64,000 bases of DNA, taken from Candidatus Lustribacter sp. Lineage in GTDB: Bacteria; Vulcanimicrobiota; Vulcanimicrobiia; Vulcanimicrobiales; Vulcanimicrobiaceae. Every line of letters begins with the position of its first letter. The first letter of the stretch is position 1. Shown piece by piece: positions 28,790 through 37,721 of this stretch. The translations under genes were made by a program, and so were the position numbers. Under the pieces are notes generated by a model. The model made no database searches, was not told the origin of the DNA, and saw only the letters and a program-made list of their open reading frames with translations. Location of the stretch: assembly GCA_965277805.1 (NCBI GenBank), contig OZ255842.1:2112001-2176000 (forward strand), given 5' to 3'.

Positions 28790-29836
28790 TTAGAAGCCCC
28801 CATGATCATCTGAAAGAAAGAAGCGCATGATTTCGCGGCTTGCATCAGGGCCTGTCGGATCTGTGTATGAGCCGGATGCGCTCCCGCCCGACCACGCGTG
28901 CCCTGCGCCGTGAATCACCCATTGTTCGAAGACCGTCTGGCCACTCGCGTTCGTGTACGCTGTTTGCGTGTAGGCGCGGCCGCCGTCAACGTGCCCCGTT
29001 CTCACCCGTTGTTTGCTGTCCGTCATAGCCATCGCTGCGGAAAAACGATCGCCATTGCGCGGATGAACGGTGGCATCACGATCGCCATGAAAGACGATCG
29101 TCCGAATTGGGCGCTGCGTGAACGGCCGGCCCGCCTCGCGGACCCGGGAATCTCCCTCGCCGTCTTTCATCGCCGCGAATGCAGATCCGACGTCATGCGC
29201 TAATCCGCACGTAAGCCCTGAATGGACGGCTAGACCCTGGTACACGTCGGGATACGCGCCGGCGAGAACGGCGGCGGCGGCACCCCCGGCCGACATACCG
29301 GCCACATACACGCCTTTCGGGTCGATTGCGTAGTGCTGCATGACTTCACGCGTGATGCCGGCGATGATCGAGGGCTCACCTCGATCGCGCGCTTGATCGC
29401 CTCGCTTGAACCAATTCCAGCACTTCGAGGCATTCGCGCTCGCCGACTGTTCCGGATAAGCGATGAAGCAGGTGAATTCGTCGGCGAGTTCGTTCATACG
29501 CGTGCCGGCGGCAAAGTCGTCCGGTGATTGCGTGCAGCCATGAAGCATCACGATCAACGGACACGCTTGACCATGATAGTCTCGCGGAACATAGAGTTTG
29601 TACGCCCGCGTTCCGGCGGCGTTCCCGAACGATAATGACAAGAATTGGCCGGCCGGGTCGACCTCGCTTCGTTCCATCGCTACGGGCGGCAATGCGAGAG
29701 TAAGGATGGGTGCGCGGCGTTCGGGTACTGAGCCGCCGCGCAGTGTCTGTTGCAGGAGGGCAGTGGCAGCAACGAGATCGCCGGCGCGCGTCAGTTGCAG
29801 CGCCGCGCGCATATTGTTGAGCGGGAGAGGGTTCAT
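28790..29836 (-). CDS. PHB-depolymerase-family (LpqC) esterase
   Basis: MLHGCTQ, CWNWF, GMSAGG, FHGDRD.TV, GHAWSGG. Confidence 0.92.
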   Translation of the reverse strand: MNPLPLNNMRAALQLTRAGDLVAATALLQQTLRGGSVPERRAPILTLALPPVAMERSEVDPAGQFLSLSFGNAAGTRAYKLYVPRDYHGQACPLIVMLHGCTQSPDDFAAGTRMNELADEFTCFIAYPEQSASANASKCWNWFKRGDQARDRGEPSIIAGITREVMQHYAIDPKGVYVAGMSAGGAAAAVLAGAYPDVYQGLAVHSGLTCGLAHDVGSAFAAMKDGEGDSRVREAGRPFTQRPIRTIVFHGDRDATVHPRNGDRFSAAMAMTDSKQRVRTGHVDGGRAYTQTAYTNASGQTVFEQWVIHGAGHAWSGGSASGSYTDPTGPDASREIMRFFLSDDHGGF

Positions 29837-29851
29837 AAGGTACTTTCAGTG

Positions 29852-30277
29852 CTAGGACGTCCGGTCAGCGAGAGCCGCTTTCACGGCGGGACTGGCTTGA
29901 ATGGCGCCAAGCACGGTGATAGAAGCAATGGTCGCGCGTGCGAGATCGGGCGTAACATCCGCTGCGATTCGAACCAGTCCCAGAACACGAATGTGCACCG
30001 AGCGTCCGGATTCACGTAACGATTCTAAAAATTTCCGGTCGTAGTCGTGCAATCCCAAGTCGAAATTCTTTCGGCTCACCGACTGCTTGAGGACGTCAGC
30101 ATGTTCGGTCAGCTGATTGCGGATTGCGGTCCGAATGAAATCGGTTCGATTGGAATAGAACCCATCGGCGACGATGAGATCGATTTGACCCAAGTCCACG
30201 AATCCGAGATTGATCGTTATTTTTTCCGTGTCAGCTGCGCGTAAGGCGCTAGCTTGCGGCCCCTTCTTGGAATTCAT
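29852..30277 (-). CDS. CopG/ribbon-helix-helix regulator
   Basis: EKITINLGFVDLGQIDL.V.DGFYSNRTDFIRTAIRNQL; start could be 30277, 30283 or 30289. Confidence 0.88.
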   Translation of the reverse strand: MNSKKGPQASALRAADTEKITINLGFVDLGQIDLIVADGFYSNRTDFIRTAIRNQLTEHADVLKQSVSRKNFDLGLHDYDRKFLESLRESGRSVHIRVLGLVRIAADVTPDLARATIASITVLGAIQASPAVKAALADRTS

Positions 30278-30288
30278 AACCATCCGCA

Positions 30289-30308
30289 TACCATCCCGAC
30301 AGATGGTA
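30289..30308. promoter_or_regulatory. Inverted repeat, probable RHH operator
   Basis: TACCATC-N6-GATGGTA immediately upstream of the RHH gene. Confidence 0.55.
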
Positions 30309-30460
30309 CGGATTCAGAATGCGGCTGTCAATGCGTGCTCGATTGCGAGCCCGCCGGCGCCGCATTCAAGTCGGCCATCGCTTGCCTGCTGACCTACATT
30401 GAAATCGAGACCGATTTGTAGAAGGCGCATGATATGTTCACGAAAGCTAGGAGGGCATAG

Positions 30461-30721
30461 ATGCAGCCGACTTGGGAACCGCACACCAAACACGGGCACC
30501 TCACGACCCAAAGCGATCTGCCCAGCACGGTCTTTGCCTTCCCCCGCGAACGCAAAGAACCACTGACCGACGCGCAACACGTTCGCAGTGCGATCGCGCG
30601 CTTCAACCAGGTCATCGGTGTTAGCGATGAAGAGCGCGACCTCGCCTTTGCCAACATCCAGAAGGCCGCCGAGTACTACGGCGTTAGGCTCGCCGAACGG
30701 TCGTGGCACGACCTCGCTTAG
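30461..30721 (+). CDS. DUF6582-like small protein
   Basis: LPSTVFAFPRERKEPLTDAQHVRSAIARFNQV; SD GGAGG. Confidence 0.8.
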   Translation: MQPTWEPHTKHGHLTTQSDLPSTVFAFPRERKEPLTDAQHVRSAIARFNQVIGVSDEERDLAFANIQKAAEYYGVRLAERSWHDLA

Positions 30722-30731
30722 CGCTCAGCCG

Positions 30732-32630
30732 TCAGCCCTGGTCCGCGCCCAATCGCCGCTCGATAACGAAGCCGTTCTGCCGTTCCGTCACGCCGCTGAA
30801 GGCCGGTGATGCGGCAACCGCCAGCGCGCCGTGCACATCGGCGGACGTGCAACGCGCCAGACTTCCCTCACGCTGTAAGCGCTGATTCACGAGTACGGCA
30901 AGCGCCTCAGCCGTCAACGCATCGCCGCTCCCATCGTTCGCCAGCGACATCTGATAGCTAAGCCCTTCTTGCATCACGTACCGCAATACGACATGCGCCC
31001 GCTGATGTGCCCCGTGCAAATGCTCCGCCCGAAACGTCGTCACGGCGTCCGCCGCGCGGCCCGGCGCAAACAACGGCGCGAGCTGCGACCACATGATCGG
31101 ATGATCGAGCTGACACTCGAGCACGGCAATCAGATCCTCGATCGTCCAAAGCGCGACCCGATGCGTCGCCAACTCTTCAGCAATGCCGCGCTCGTCAGGA
31201 AAATCCAATCCCAGCAACACGGCATACGTCGCCCCGACCGCATCACGCATCCGGGCCGCCTCCGCAACGAATGCAGAACTTCCGTGCAACTTCATCGACG
31301 CAACGGTCTTGCACTCAAATGCAACCTCATATGCAAGCGCCCCGAGCGGCGCCGTCGCAACCACATCCGGCTCGCCCTCGGCACCCAAGCGCTGGGCACT
31401 AAGCCCAAGATACGCCAATGCCTCGGCCACCGCGCGTTCGAACGGCGCGCCGATATTCGGCCCGTCCGCCGGATCCGCCGGCACGTTACGCACCACGGCC
31501 GCGCGCAACTGTGCGATCAACGCATCCAGCGCCGTACGATCGTGCTGCGGCTCAACGTGACCCGCAAATGGGTTCACCGGCACGTTCAGCCGGTACGTTC
31601 CATCCGGCAATAACAGAAATTCGGGTTTTTCGCCGCGATCGCGCTGTCGATCCAAAAGCGTCGCAATCCCATGCTGCACGTACGCCGGAATCGTCGATTT
31701 CGGCAACAGCCCGCGAGCAATGGCACTCGAGCAAATCTCGGCGGCCGAATGCGCCCGCTCATCGGCCAAAATCGCCCTCACCGCCGCAAGAATCTGCCCA
31801 TGCCCTTCCCCCGAAACCAACAACGCCTCCGTCACGAGGAGCTTGTCGTTCTCTGTCACCCCGAGCTCGTCGAGGGGCCGCCCCAACCGCTGCTTTCCAA
31901 TTCGCTGGACCTCAGCATCAAACACATCCTCGGTCATGCGCCCAAACGCCGCAACGTCGAGCGGAGCCGTCACAAGATCCAACTCATCCCAACGCACGGG
32001 CGTCACAACGCTCGCAGCCGCCGCACCGATCAGCGAGTACGGCACGAGACTCCAGTGCCCAACCGCGTTCGAAGTAACATGAAATTCATGCACACGCAAC
32101 GACGCGTCCGCCGCGACGCATGAAGCAACAAGCCCATGCAGCCAAACGCGGACCTCCGTATAGCCCGGTCCATCCGACAGAGGCACCCAAACGCAAGCGC
32201 TCGAGGCTCCGTCACGCAACACGAGCCCGTCAAGCCCATGCGTGCGTAGCGCAGCCCGCACCGCCCGCACGGCCTGCGCCGAAAACCCGGCCGGCCGGTC
32301 AGCGTCCGGGCGAACGAGCACGCGCGCAAACGCCGCTTTCGCCGAATCATTAGGAAGCGGCGACCAGGAATGCACCTCGATGGCACCGCGGTGCGCTTCA
32401 TACAAGATCGAGGCCTGGGAAAGCGCGAGGTACTCCACCTTCCCGGCTGCCGACATCACATCGACGGTCGCCTCATGTCCCGGCGCCGGGCCGTGCAGCG
32501 ACGCGGAGTAGCGCGCGTCATCCCCATCACGATAGAATGCCGTTACAAGTGGTACGCCGCCGAGATGCCGGACAATCCACGAACCCGCCCGTCGATAATG
32601 ATCGACGGCGCTCGCAACCACCGTTTCCAT
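30732..32630 (-). CDS. Fusion: inactive LigD PolDom-like domain + HARE-type HTH + Mrr-like PD-(D/E)xK nuclease + C-terminal helical domain
   Basis: GAIEVHSW and PYSL..A.A.V.TPVRWDEL (PolDom); ILADERAHSAAEIC..AIARGLL...PEF...DGTY.L (HARE-HTH); FERAV..L..LG...EPDVVA...FECKT (nuclease). Confidence 0.75.
   Translation of the reverse strand: METVVASAVDHYRRAGSWIVRHLGGVPLVTAFYRDGDDARYSASLHGPAPGHEATVDVMSAAGKVEYLALSQASILYEAHRGAIEVHSWSPLPNDSAKAAFARVLVRPDADRPAGFSAQAVRAVRAALRTHGLDGLVLRDGASSACVWVPLSDGPGYTEVRVWLHGLVASCVAADASLRVHEFHVTSNAVGHWSLVPYSLIGAAAASVVTPVRWDELDLVTAPLDVAAFGRMTEDVFDAEVQRIGKQRLGRPLDELGVTENDKLLVTEALLVSGEGHGQILAAVRAILADERAHSAAEICSSAIARGLLPKSTIPAYVQHGIATLLDRQRDRGEKPEFLLLPDGTYRLNVPVNPFAGHVEPQHDRTALDALIAQLRAAVVRNVPADPADGPNIGAPFERAVAEALAYLGLSAQRLGAEGEPDVVATAPLGALAYEVAFECKTVASMKLHGSSAFVAEAARMRDAVGATYAVLLGLDFPDERGIAEELATHRVALWTIEDLIAVLECQLDHPIMWSQLAPLFAPGRAADAVTTFRAEHLHGAHQRAHVVLRYVMQEGLSYQMSLANDGSGDALTAEALAVLVNQRLQREGSLARCTSADVHGALAVAASPAFSGVTERQNGFVIERRLGADQG
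31831..31882 (+). repeat. REP-like element copy 6 plus a degenerate upstream half-copy, inside a CDS
   Basis: TGTCACCCCGAGCTCGTCGAGGGGCCGCC at 31854-31882; GTCACGAGGAGCTTGTCG at 31831-31848. Confidence 0.85.
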
Positions 32631-32719
32631 TGTCACACCCCCGTCGCCGTTCCGGCGACCGATGCGCGACTTCGACAAAGGGGAGCGGCAAAGCCCGCCG
32701 GTGAGAGGCGGCCGGCCTG

Positions 32720-32779
32720 CTCGTCAGCCGTGAAAACGCACATCGGCGCGTCGGCGCCGACGCCGCGTCCGTGCATGAG
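32720..32779 (-). pseudogene. 60-bp fragment of an M24-like gene, direct repeat of 46854-46913
   Basis: 55/60 identical by hand alignment; LMHGRGVGADAPMCVFTADE vs LMHGRGVGDDAPMYVFTADE. Confidence 0.85.
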
Positions 32780-32884
32780 TGTGGCATGCTGAACTCAGTG
32801 CTCTGCTCAATACTCAGCAGCCGTTGGTTTCGCTACTCCGGCTCCTAACGCTCGCCGGCTGCGCCTGCTATGGTCGGCATGAGG

Positions 32885-33661
32885 TTATACGTTCAGCGGC
32901 AGGTAGGCACCGCCGTTAAGCGGGACGGTGCATCCGGTCAGGCTGCTAGCCGTAGGCGACACCAAAAAGCGAACCGCGTCGGCGACGTCGCCCGGTAGTC
33001 CGAGACGACCGGTCGGGGTGGCGCGCCGGGTTGCTTCGAACACTTCTGTGGCGTGGCGCGCCCGCAGTCGGGGCGTGTCGATCATGCCTGGTGCGAGGGT
33101 ATTCACCGTGACGCCGAGCGTAGCGGCTTCGACCGCCGCAGCACGCGAGAGCGCGATCACTTGAGACTTCGCCGTCGAGTACGCGGGATTCGGCCCAGCG
33201 GCTGGATCCAGTCCAACGGTGGACGAGATCGTGACAATCCGTCCGCCGTCGACCCGGCTACCTATCCAACGCCGCAAGTACGCACGCAGGCAAAGAAATG
33301 TACTGCGCACGTTGAGGACCTCGTTCCCAACCCACGCGTCTAGCTCAAGCGTTCGGAGTGTTGGGGGTGAACCCGAGCTACCCACGACTAAGCCGCCGGC
33401 GACGCAGACGAGCACTGCGGCCGGGCCGAGGTCACGCCAGACGGCATCGAACAGCGCTTCGACCGAGGTTTCGTCGACGACATCGACGGCAAACGCACCG
33501 TGTCCGACACCAGCGAGGCTTGCCGTCACGGACTCGGCCGCTGCTCGGTCGATGTCGGCAAGTGCAACACGCATGCCGTCAACGGCAAGAGCGCGACTGA
33601 TTTCCGATCCGATTGCCCCGCCGCCGCCAGTCACGATTGCGATGCGCGCTTCCTCACTCAC
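32885..33661 (-). CDS. SDR oxidoreductase
   Basis: TGGGGAIG, YSTAK, VNTLAPGMIDT. Confidence 0.9.
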   Translation of the reverse strand: MSEEARIAIVTGGGGAIGSEISRALAVDGMRVALADIDRAAAESVTASLAGVGHGAFAVDVVDETSVEALFDAVWRDLGPAAVLVCVAGGLVVGSSGSPPTLRTLELDAWVGNEVLNVRSTFLCLRAYLRRWIGSRVDGGRIVTISSTVGLDPAAGPNPAYSTAKSQVIALSRAAAVEAATLGVTVNTLAPGMIDTPRLRARHATEVFEATRRATPTGRLGLPGDVADAVRFLVSPTASSLTGCTVPLNGGAYLPLNV

Positions 33662-34347
33662 AGGTGGAGATGCGCTCCGTCGTCGACCGCGATCGCGGCC
33701 CCCGTTAGATGCCGCGCTCCCGTGGAGCTGAGAAAACTCACGGTTTCGGCAACCGCGCCCGCAAGGGATCCGCTCACGCCTGAAACGACCGCGTTAACGG
33801 TAATCCCCAGTGGGCCCGCCTCTAGCGACGCGATGCGGGTGATGGCGAGAACCCCCGCTTTACTGGTCGCGTCGGCCGCACCAGTCGCGGCGTCGGCCAT
33901 GAGCGCAGCCGACGACGCAACCGTCACGATGCGCCCATCAGCAACGGCCGTATTCGTACGCCGTCGGAGAAATTCGCGAACGCACAGAAACGTAGCACGC
34001 GCATTGAGGGCCTCCGTTTCCATCCAGGTATCGAGGGTCATCGTCGCAATGCGCGGCCGCACGCCGGGTTCGGGTGGCGTACCGCCTGCAATGCAAACGA
34101 GCGTTGTGACGGATCCGATTTGCGTCTCCACGGTCTCGAATAGACGCGTAACGGACTCCTCAACGCGGGTGTCGAGCGCCAGCGCACGATGCCCTTCCCC
34201 GTCCAGTCCTGCCACGGTCGCCTCCGCGTGGACCAGATCCGGATCCGCGACCACAACACGGTCGCCGGCGCGCGCGAGCGCCCGACTGACCTCGGTTCCG
34301 ATGAGTCCGGCACCGCCGGTTACGATGGCGATGCGCGTCGTCGTCAC
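33658..34347 (-). CDS. SDR paralog lacking the catalytic Tyr
   Basis: TGGAGLIG present; DATSK replaces YxxxK; substrate-binding loop deleted. Confidence 0.8.
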   Translation of the reverse strand: MTTTRIAIVTGGAGLIGTEVSRALARAGDRVVVADPDLVHAEATVAGLDGEGHRALALDTRVEESVTRLFETVETQIGSVTTLVCIAGGTPPEPGVRPRIATMTLDTWMETEALNARATFLCVREFLRRRTNTAVADGRIVTVASSAALMADAATGAADATSKAGVLAITRIASLEAGPLGITVNAVVSGVSGSLAGAVAETVSFLSSTGARHLTGAAIAVDDGAHLHL

Positions 34348-35213
34348 GACTCCTCCCATTGATGTCCGAAGAGGCCTTGCGGACGCAACGTGAGCAGCAC
34401 GAGCAGCAAACCGAAAGAAATCACGGTTTGGTAACTCGATGAAATATAGCGGCCGACAAGCGCGTTAACGATGCCGAGCAGAATGCCGCCCGCGAGTGCT
34501 CCGCTTAGGCTTCCGAATCCGCCAAGTACCGCGGCGACGAAGCCGAACACGCCGTACGCGAGTCCTGCATCCGGCGACGTAAACTGCGCGGGGGCGATGA
34601 CGGCACCACCGAATCCGCCGAGCATGGCCGTAACCCCGAAGCCGATGGCGCCGACGCGCTCGGGGGAGATGCCCAAGAGCGCGCTCGTCTCGCGACTTGC
34701 TGCGCAGGCCCGCATCGCGCGGCCCAGCGTCGTGTATTTGAGCGTAAGCGCAAACGCACCGAGCGCGATCAGCGTTACCGCCGCAACAATCAGATATTGT
34801 CCGTCAATGCGGTTGCCGCCGAATTCCAGCGCAAAGCCGGGGAACCACGGTGGCAGCGTCTGCGGCGCCGGCCCAAGCGCCAGCAGCATCGCCGTGCTCG
34901 CGATGACGCCGAAGATGATCGTTTCGATCAAGATGACATACGCGGGGCTGCGCCGGCGCCAGAGCGGCAACACGACGACGCTCCAAAGCACGAGCCCGGT
35001 CAGCGTCGCCGCGAGCACGCCGAGCACGACCGCCAGCGGATACGGCAAGTGTACGCTCGTGTAGAGCCACGCCGTCACGAGACCGCCGATCATCACGTAG
35101 CTGCCTTGGGCGAAATTAACGACGGCAGTCGTGCGATAGATCAGCGAGTAGCCCGCCGCGACCAGCGCGTAGACGCAGCCGGTCGCGATGCCGATGGCAA
35201 GGACGAGGATCAT
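34344..35213 (-). CDS. livH: Branched-chain-type ABC permease
   Basis: GCVYALVAAGYSLIY..T.VVNFAQG, GRAMRA, AAVLGG.GS. Confidence 0.9.
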   Translation of the reverse strand: MILVLAIGIATGCVYALVAAGYSLIYRTTAVVNFAQGSYVMIGGLVTAWLYTSVHLPYPLAVVLGVLAATLTGLVLWSVVVLPLWRRRSPAYVILIETIIFGVIASTAMLLALGPAPQTLPPWFPGFALEFGGNRIDGQYLIVAAVTLIALGAFALTLKYTTLGRAMRACAASRETSALLGISPERVGAIGFGVTAMLGGFGGAVIAPAQFTSPDAGLAYGVFGFVAAVLGGFGSLSGALAGGILLGIVNALVGRYISSSYQTVISFGLLLVLLTLRPQGLFGHQWEES

Positions 35214-35989
35214 GTCGGTGTGCCCTGGCCGGCATCGCTGCCGAGATATGCTTCGACCACCGCGGCGTCGGCTCGCACGACGTCCGGCTTCCCTGACGCG
35301 ATCATTGAACCGAAGTTCATGACGGTCATGCGATCGCACAACCCAAAGACGAGCGGCACGTCGTGATCGACGAGCAACACCCCCACGCCGCGATCGCGCA
35401 ATTCGCGCACCACGCCGGCGAGGCGCTTACGTTCGGGTTCGTTTAGGCCGGCGGCGGGTTCGTCGAGCAAGATGATCTGCGGCTCCATCGCAACCGCCCG
35501 CGCAATCTCAAGAAAACGGAGCTGGCCGAACGTTAGGTTCTTTGCGTCCGTTTCGGCCAGTGCGCCGAGATCGAAGCGCGCCAGCAACGCTTCGACCGAA
35601 ACCGTCAACGCACGGGCTTCGCGGGTCGCGGCTGGAAGGCGCAATGCCACGGCGCCCAGACTTGCGTGAAAGCGCGTGTGCATGCCCACGATGACGTTCT
35701 CGAACACGCTCAGCCCAGCAAGCGGTGTGGCTTGCTGGAAGGTACGCGAGACGCCGAGGCGGGCAATCTCTGAGGGCTCGAGTCGCGTCAGGTCGTGTTC
35801 GTCGAACGTAATGCTGCCGCTTGTTGGGCGCAAAAATCCCGAGAGCAGTCCGATCGTCGTCGACTTCCCCGCGCCGTTCGGTCCGATCAGCCCGTGGATC
35901 TCGCCCTGCTCGATGCGCAGGTCAAGGCCCGAGACGGCCGTCAAACCGCCGAAGGTTTTCGTCACGCCGGTCATCGTCAGGACACTCAT
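35210..35989 (-). CDS. livG: Branched-chain-type ABC ATPase
   Basis: FGGLTAV, GPNGAGKST, LLDEPAAGLN, EAYLG. Confidence 0.92.
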   Translation of the reverse strand: MSVLTMTGVTKTFGGLTAVSGLDLRIEQGEIHGLIGPNGAGKSTTIGLLSGFLRPTSGSITFDEHDLTRLEPSEIARLGVSRTFQQATPLAGLSVFENVIVGMHTRFHASLGAVALRLPAATREARALTVSVEALLARFDLGALAETDAKNLTFGQLRFLEIARAVAMEPQIILLDEPAAGLNEPERKRLAGVVRELRDRGVGVLLVDHDVPLVFGLCDRMTVMNFGSMIASGKPDVVRADAAVVEAYLGSDAGQGTPT

Positions 35990-36972
35990 CGCGATGGTAA
36001 CCGCCGGCGCAACCAAAGCGGCAACATATCGGCCATCGTCCCAGTATCAGCTGAACGGCCGAAGAGGCCGCTCGGCCAGAGCAGTAATAGCACGAGCAAG
36101 AGAATGAAAAAGATCAGGTTCTGCGCCTTCTCGAATCCGGATAGCACTTCGGGGGCGAACGTGAGCAAAGCAGCTCCAATCAGCGGCCCAATAAACGAGC
36201 CTCGGCCACCGATGAAGAGCATCAAGAAAATGTTGACGACGATGCTGATGTCGTACAAATCGGGGCCGACGAACGACGTGAACTCCGCGTAGAGCGAACC
36301 GGCAATACATGCCATCACGGCACCGATCGCAAACGCGAGGGTCTTATACTGCGTGAGGTGGATCCCGAGACTAGCCGCGATATCTTGGCCGGTTGCAATC
36401 GCGCGCCAGGCGCGGCCGATATACGATGTCGCCAGTGTGGCGAAAAACGCCAGAGCGATCGCGCAAGCGATCCAACTAAGCACATAAAAGGCCAGCGGAT
36501 CGGCAAACGAGAGCGACCCGATCGCCAGTGGCGGAATTCCTGAGATGCCGATGCTGCCGTTGGTCAACGGGGTCGCCGCACCAACGAACGAGTCGACTCC
36601 GAGGGCGAGGGCAAATGTCGCCATCGCAAGGTAGTGTCCGCGGAGCCGCAACAACGGCGGTCCGAGGCCCAGGGCGACGACGAGCGCGCAGAGCGCAGAA
36701 ACGACGAGCGCGAGCCACGGATTTAGATGGGCGCGCGTCGTTAGCAGAGCGGAGCCATAACCCCCGATCGCCATGAAAGTAGTCTGCGCGAAACTCACCT
36801 GACCCGCAAGGCCCAGCACGATGTTAAGCGAGATGGTGACGATGGCGTAGATCGCGGTGATCGTCAAGCTATAGGTAACTAGGCGCGATCCGCCCAGTGG
36901 CGCCAGCACGACCACGATAACGATCGCGGCCAAAACAATACGCTCTACGCGCTGCCGGAGTGGTTCCGTCAT
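35986..36972 (-). CDS. livM: Branched-chain-type ABC permease
   Basis: GLAGQVSFAQ, LRLRGHYLAMAT, GGRGS..GP. Confidence 0.9.
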   Translation of the reverse strand: MTEPLRQRVERIVLAAIVIVVVLAPLGGSRLVTYSLTITAIYAIVTISLNIVLGLAGQVSFAQTTFMAIGGYGSALLTTRAHLNPWLALVVSALCALVVALGLGPPLLRLRGHYLAMATFALALGVDSFVGAATPLTNGSIGISGIPPLAIGSLSFADPLAFYVLSWIACAIALAFFATLATSYIGRAWRAIATGQDIAASLGIHLTQYKTLAFAIGAVMACIAGSLYAEFTSFVGPDLYDISIVVNIFLMLFIGGRGSFIGPLIGAALLTFAPEVLSGFEKAQNLIFFILLLVLLLLWPSGLFGRSADTGTMADMLPLWLRRRLPSR

Positions 36973-37700
36973 CGGTTTTCAGTCATTCCGAGATAGAGCG
37001 CGGCGAGCTGTTCGTCGTCGGGGCGCCGGTCTTCATGAAAGACGGCGCGTCCGTTCTGCAACACGATCGTCGTCTCGCGTTCGCTGCGCAGCGGTACCGC
37101 TTTCTGCTCGACGAGGATCATGCACAGCCCTCGTTCGAGCAGCTGCGCGAGCGCGTCGTACACACGGGTGACCGCTAGGGGAGCAAGCCCGAGTGACGGT
37201 TCGTCGAGGAGCAGCACGAGGGGTTTCGCAAGCAGTGCACGCGCGATCGCCAGCATTTGCATCTCGCCACCACTGAGCGTGCTGCAATCCTGTTCGAAGC
37301 GCTCGCGCAGAACGGGGAAGAGCTCTAAGACGCTATCAAGATCGCTAGTGAAACGCCCGCGCCGCGAGCGGGACGCCGCATCCCATCCGAGGATGAGGTT
37401 GTCGCGGACGTTTAACCCTGGTAGCCGGCCGCGACCTTCGGGGACGAGCGAGACGCCGCGCGTCACACGCCGATAGTCCGGAACGTAGGTGATGTCGACG
37501 TCCTCGAGCATGACGCGACCCGCACGCAGCGGCACGGCGCCGGCGAGCGCCTTCACGAGTGTCGTCTTGCCGGCCCCGTTCGCCCCCAGGACGAGCGTGA
37601 GGCTCCCGCGCCGCGCGGTGAGCGAAATCGGAGCCAAAGCCTCGATGCGGCCATAACTGACCGCGACGCCATCGGCGCTGATTAGAGTACGCTCGTCCAT
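36969..37700 (-). CDS. livF: Branched-chain-type ABC ATPase
   Basis: GANGAGKTT, VPEGR, LSGGEMQMLA, LDEPSLGLAP. Confidence 0.92.
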   Translation of the reverse strand: MDERTLISADGVAVSYGRIEALAPISLTARRGSLTLVLGANGAGKTTLVKALAGAVPLRAGRVMLEDVDITYVPDYRRVTRGVSLVPEGRGRLPGLNVRDNLILGWDAASRSRRGRFTSDLDSVLELFPVLRERFEQDCSTLSGGEMQMLAIARALLAKPLVLLLDEPSLGLAPLAVTRVYDALAQLLERGLCMILVEQKAVPLRSERETTIVLQNGRAVFHEDRRPDDEQLAALYLGMTENR

Positions 37701-37721
37701 ACTGGCTGTCTCGACTGCGGT

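Noticed and set aside
31925-32630. Functional NHEJ LigD polymerase
   Set aside because: Catalytic DxD, His and third Asp motifs are absent; no Ku or ligase nearby
32787-32821. TGCTGA...TCAGCA inverted repeat as a mobile-element end or terminator
   Set aside because: Only 6 bp of pairing, no U-tract and no second copy seen
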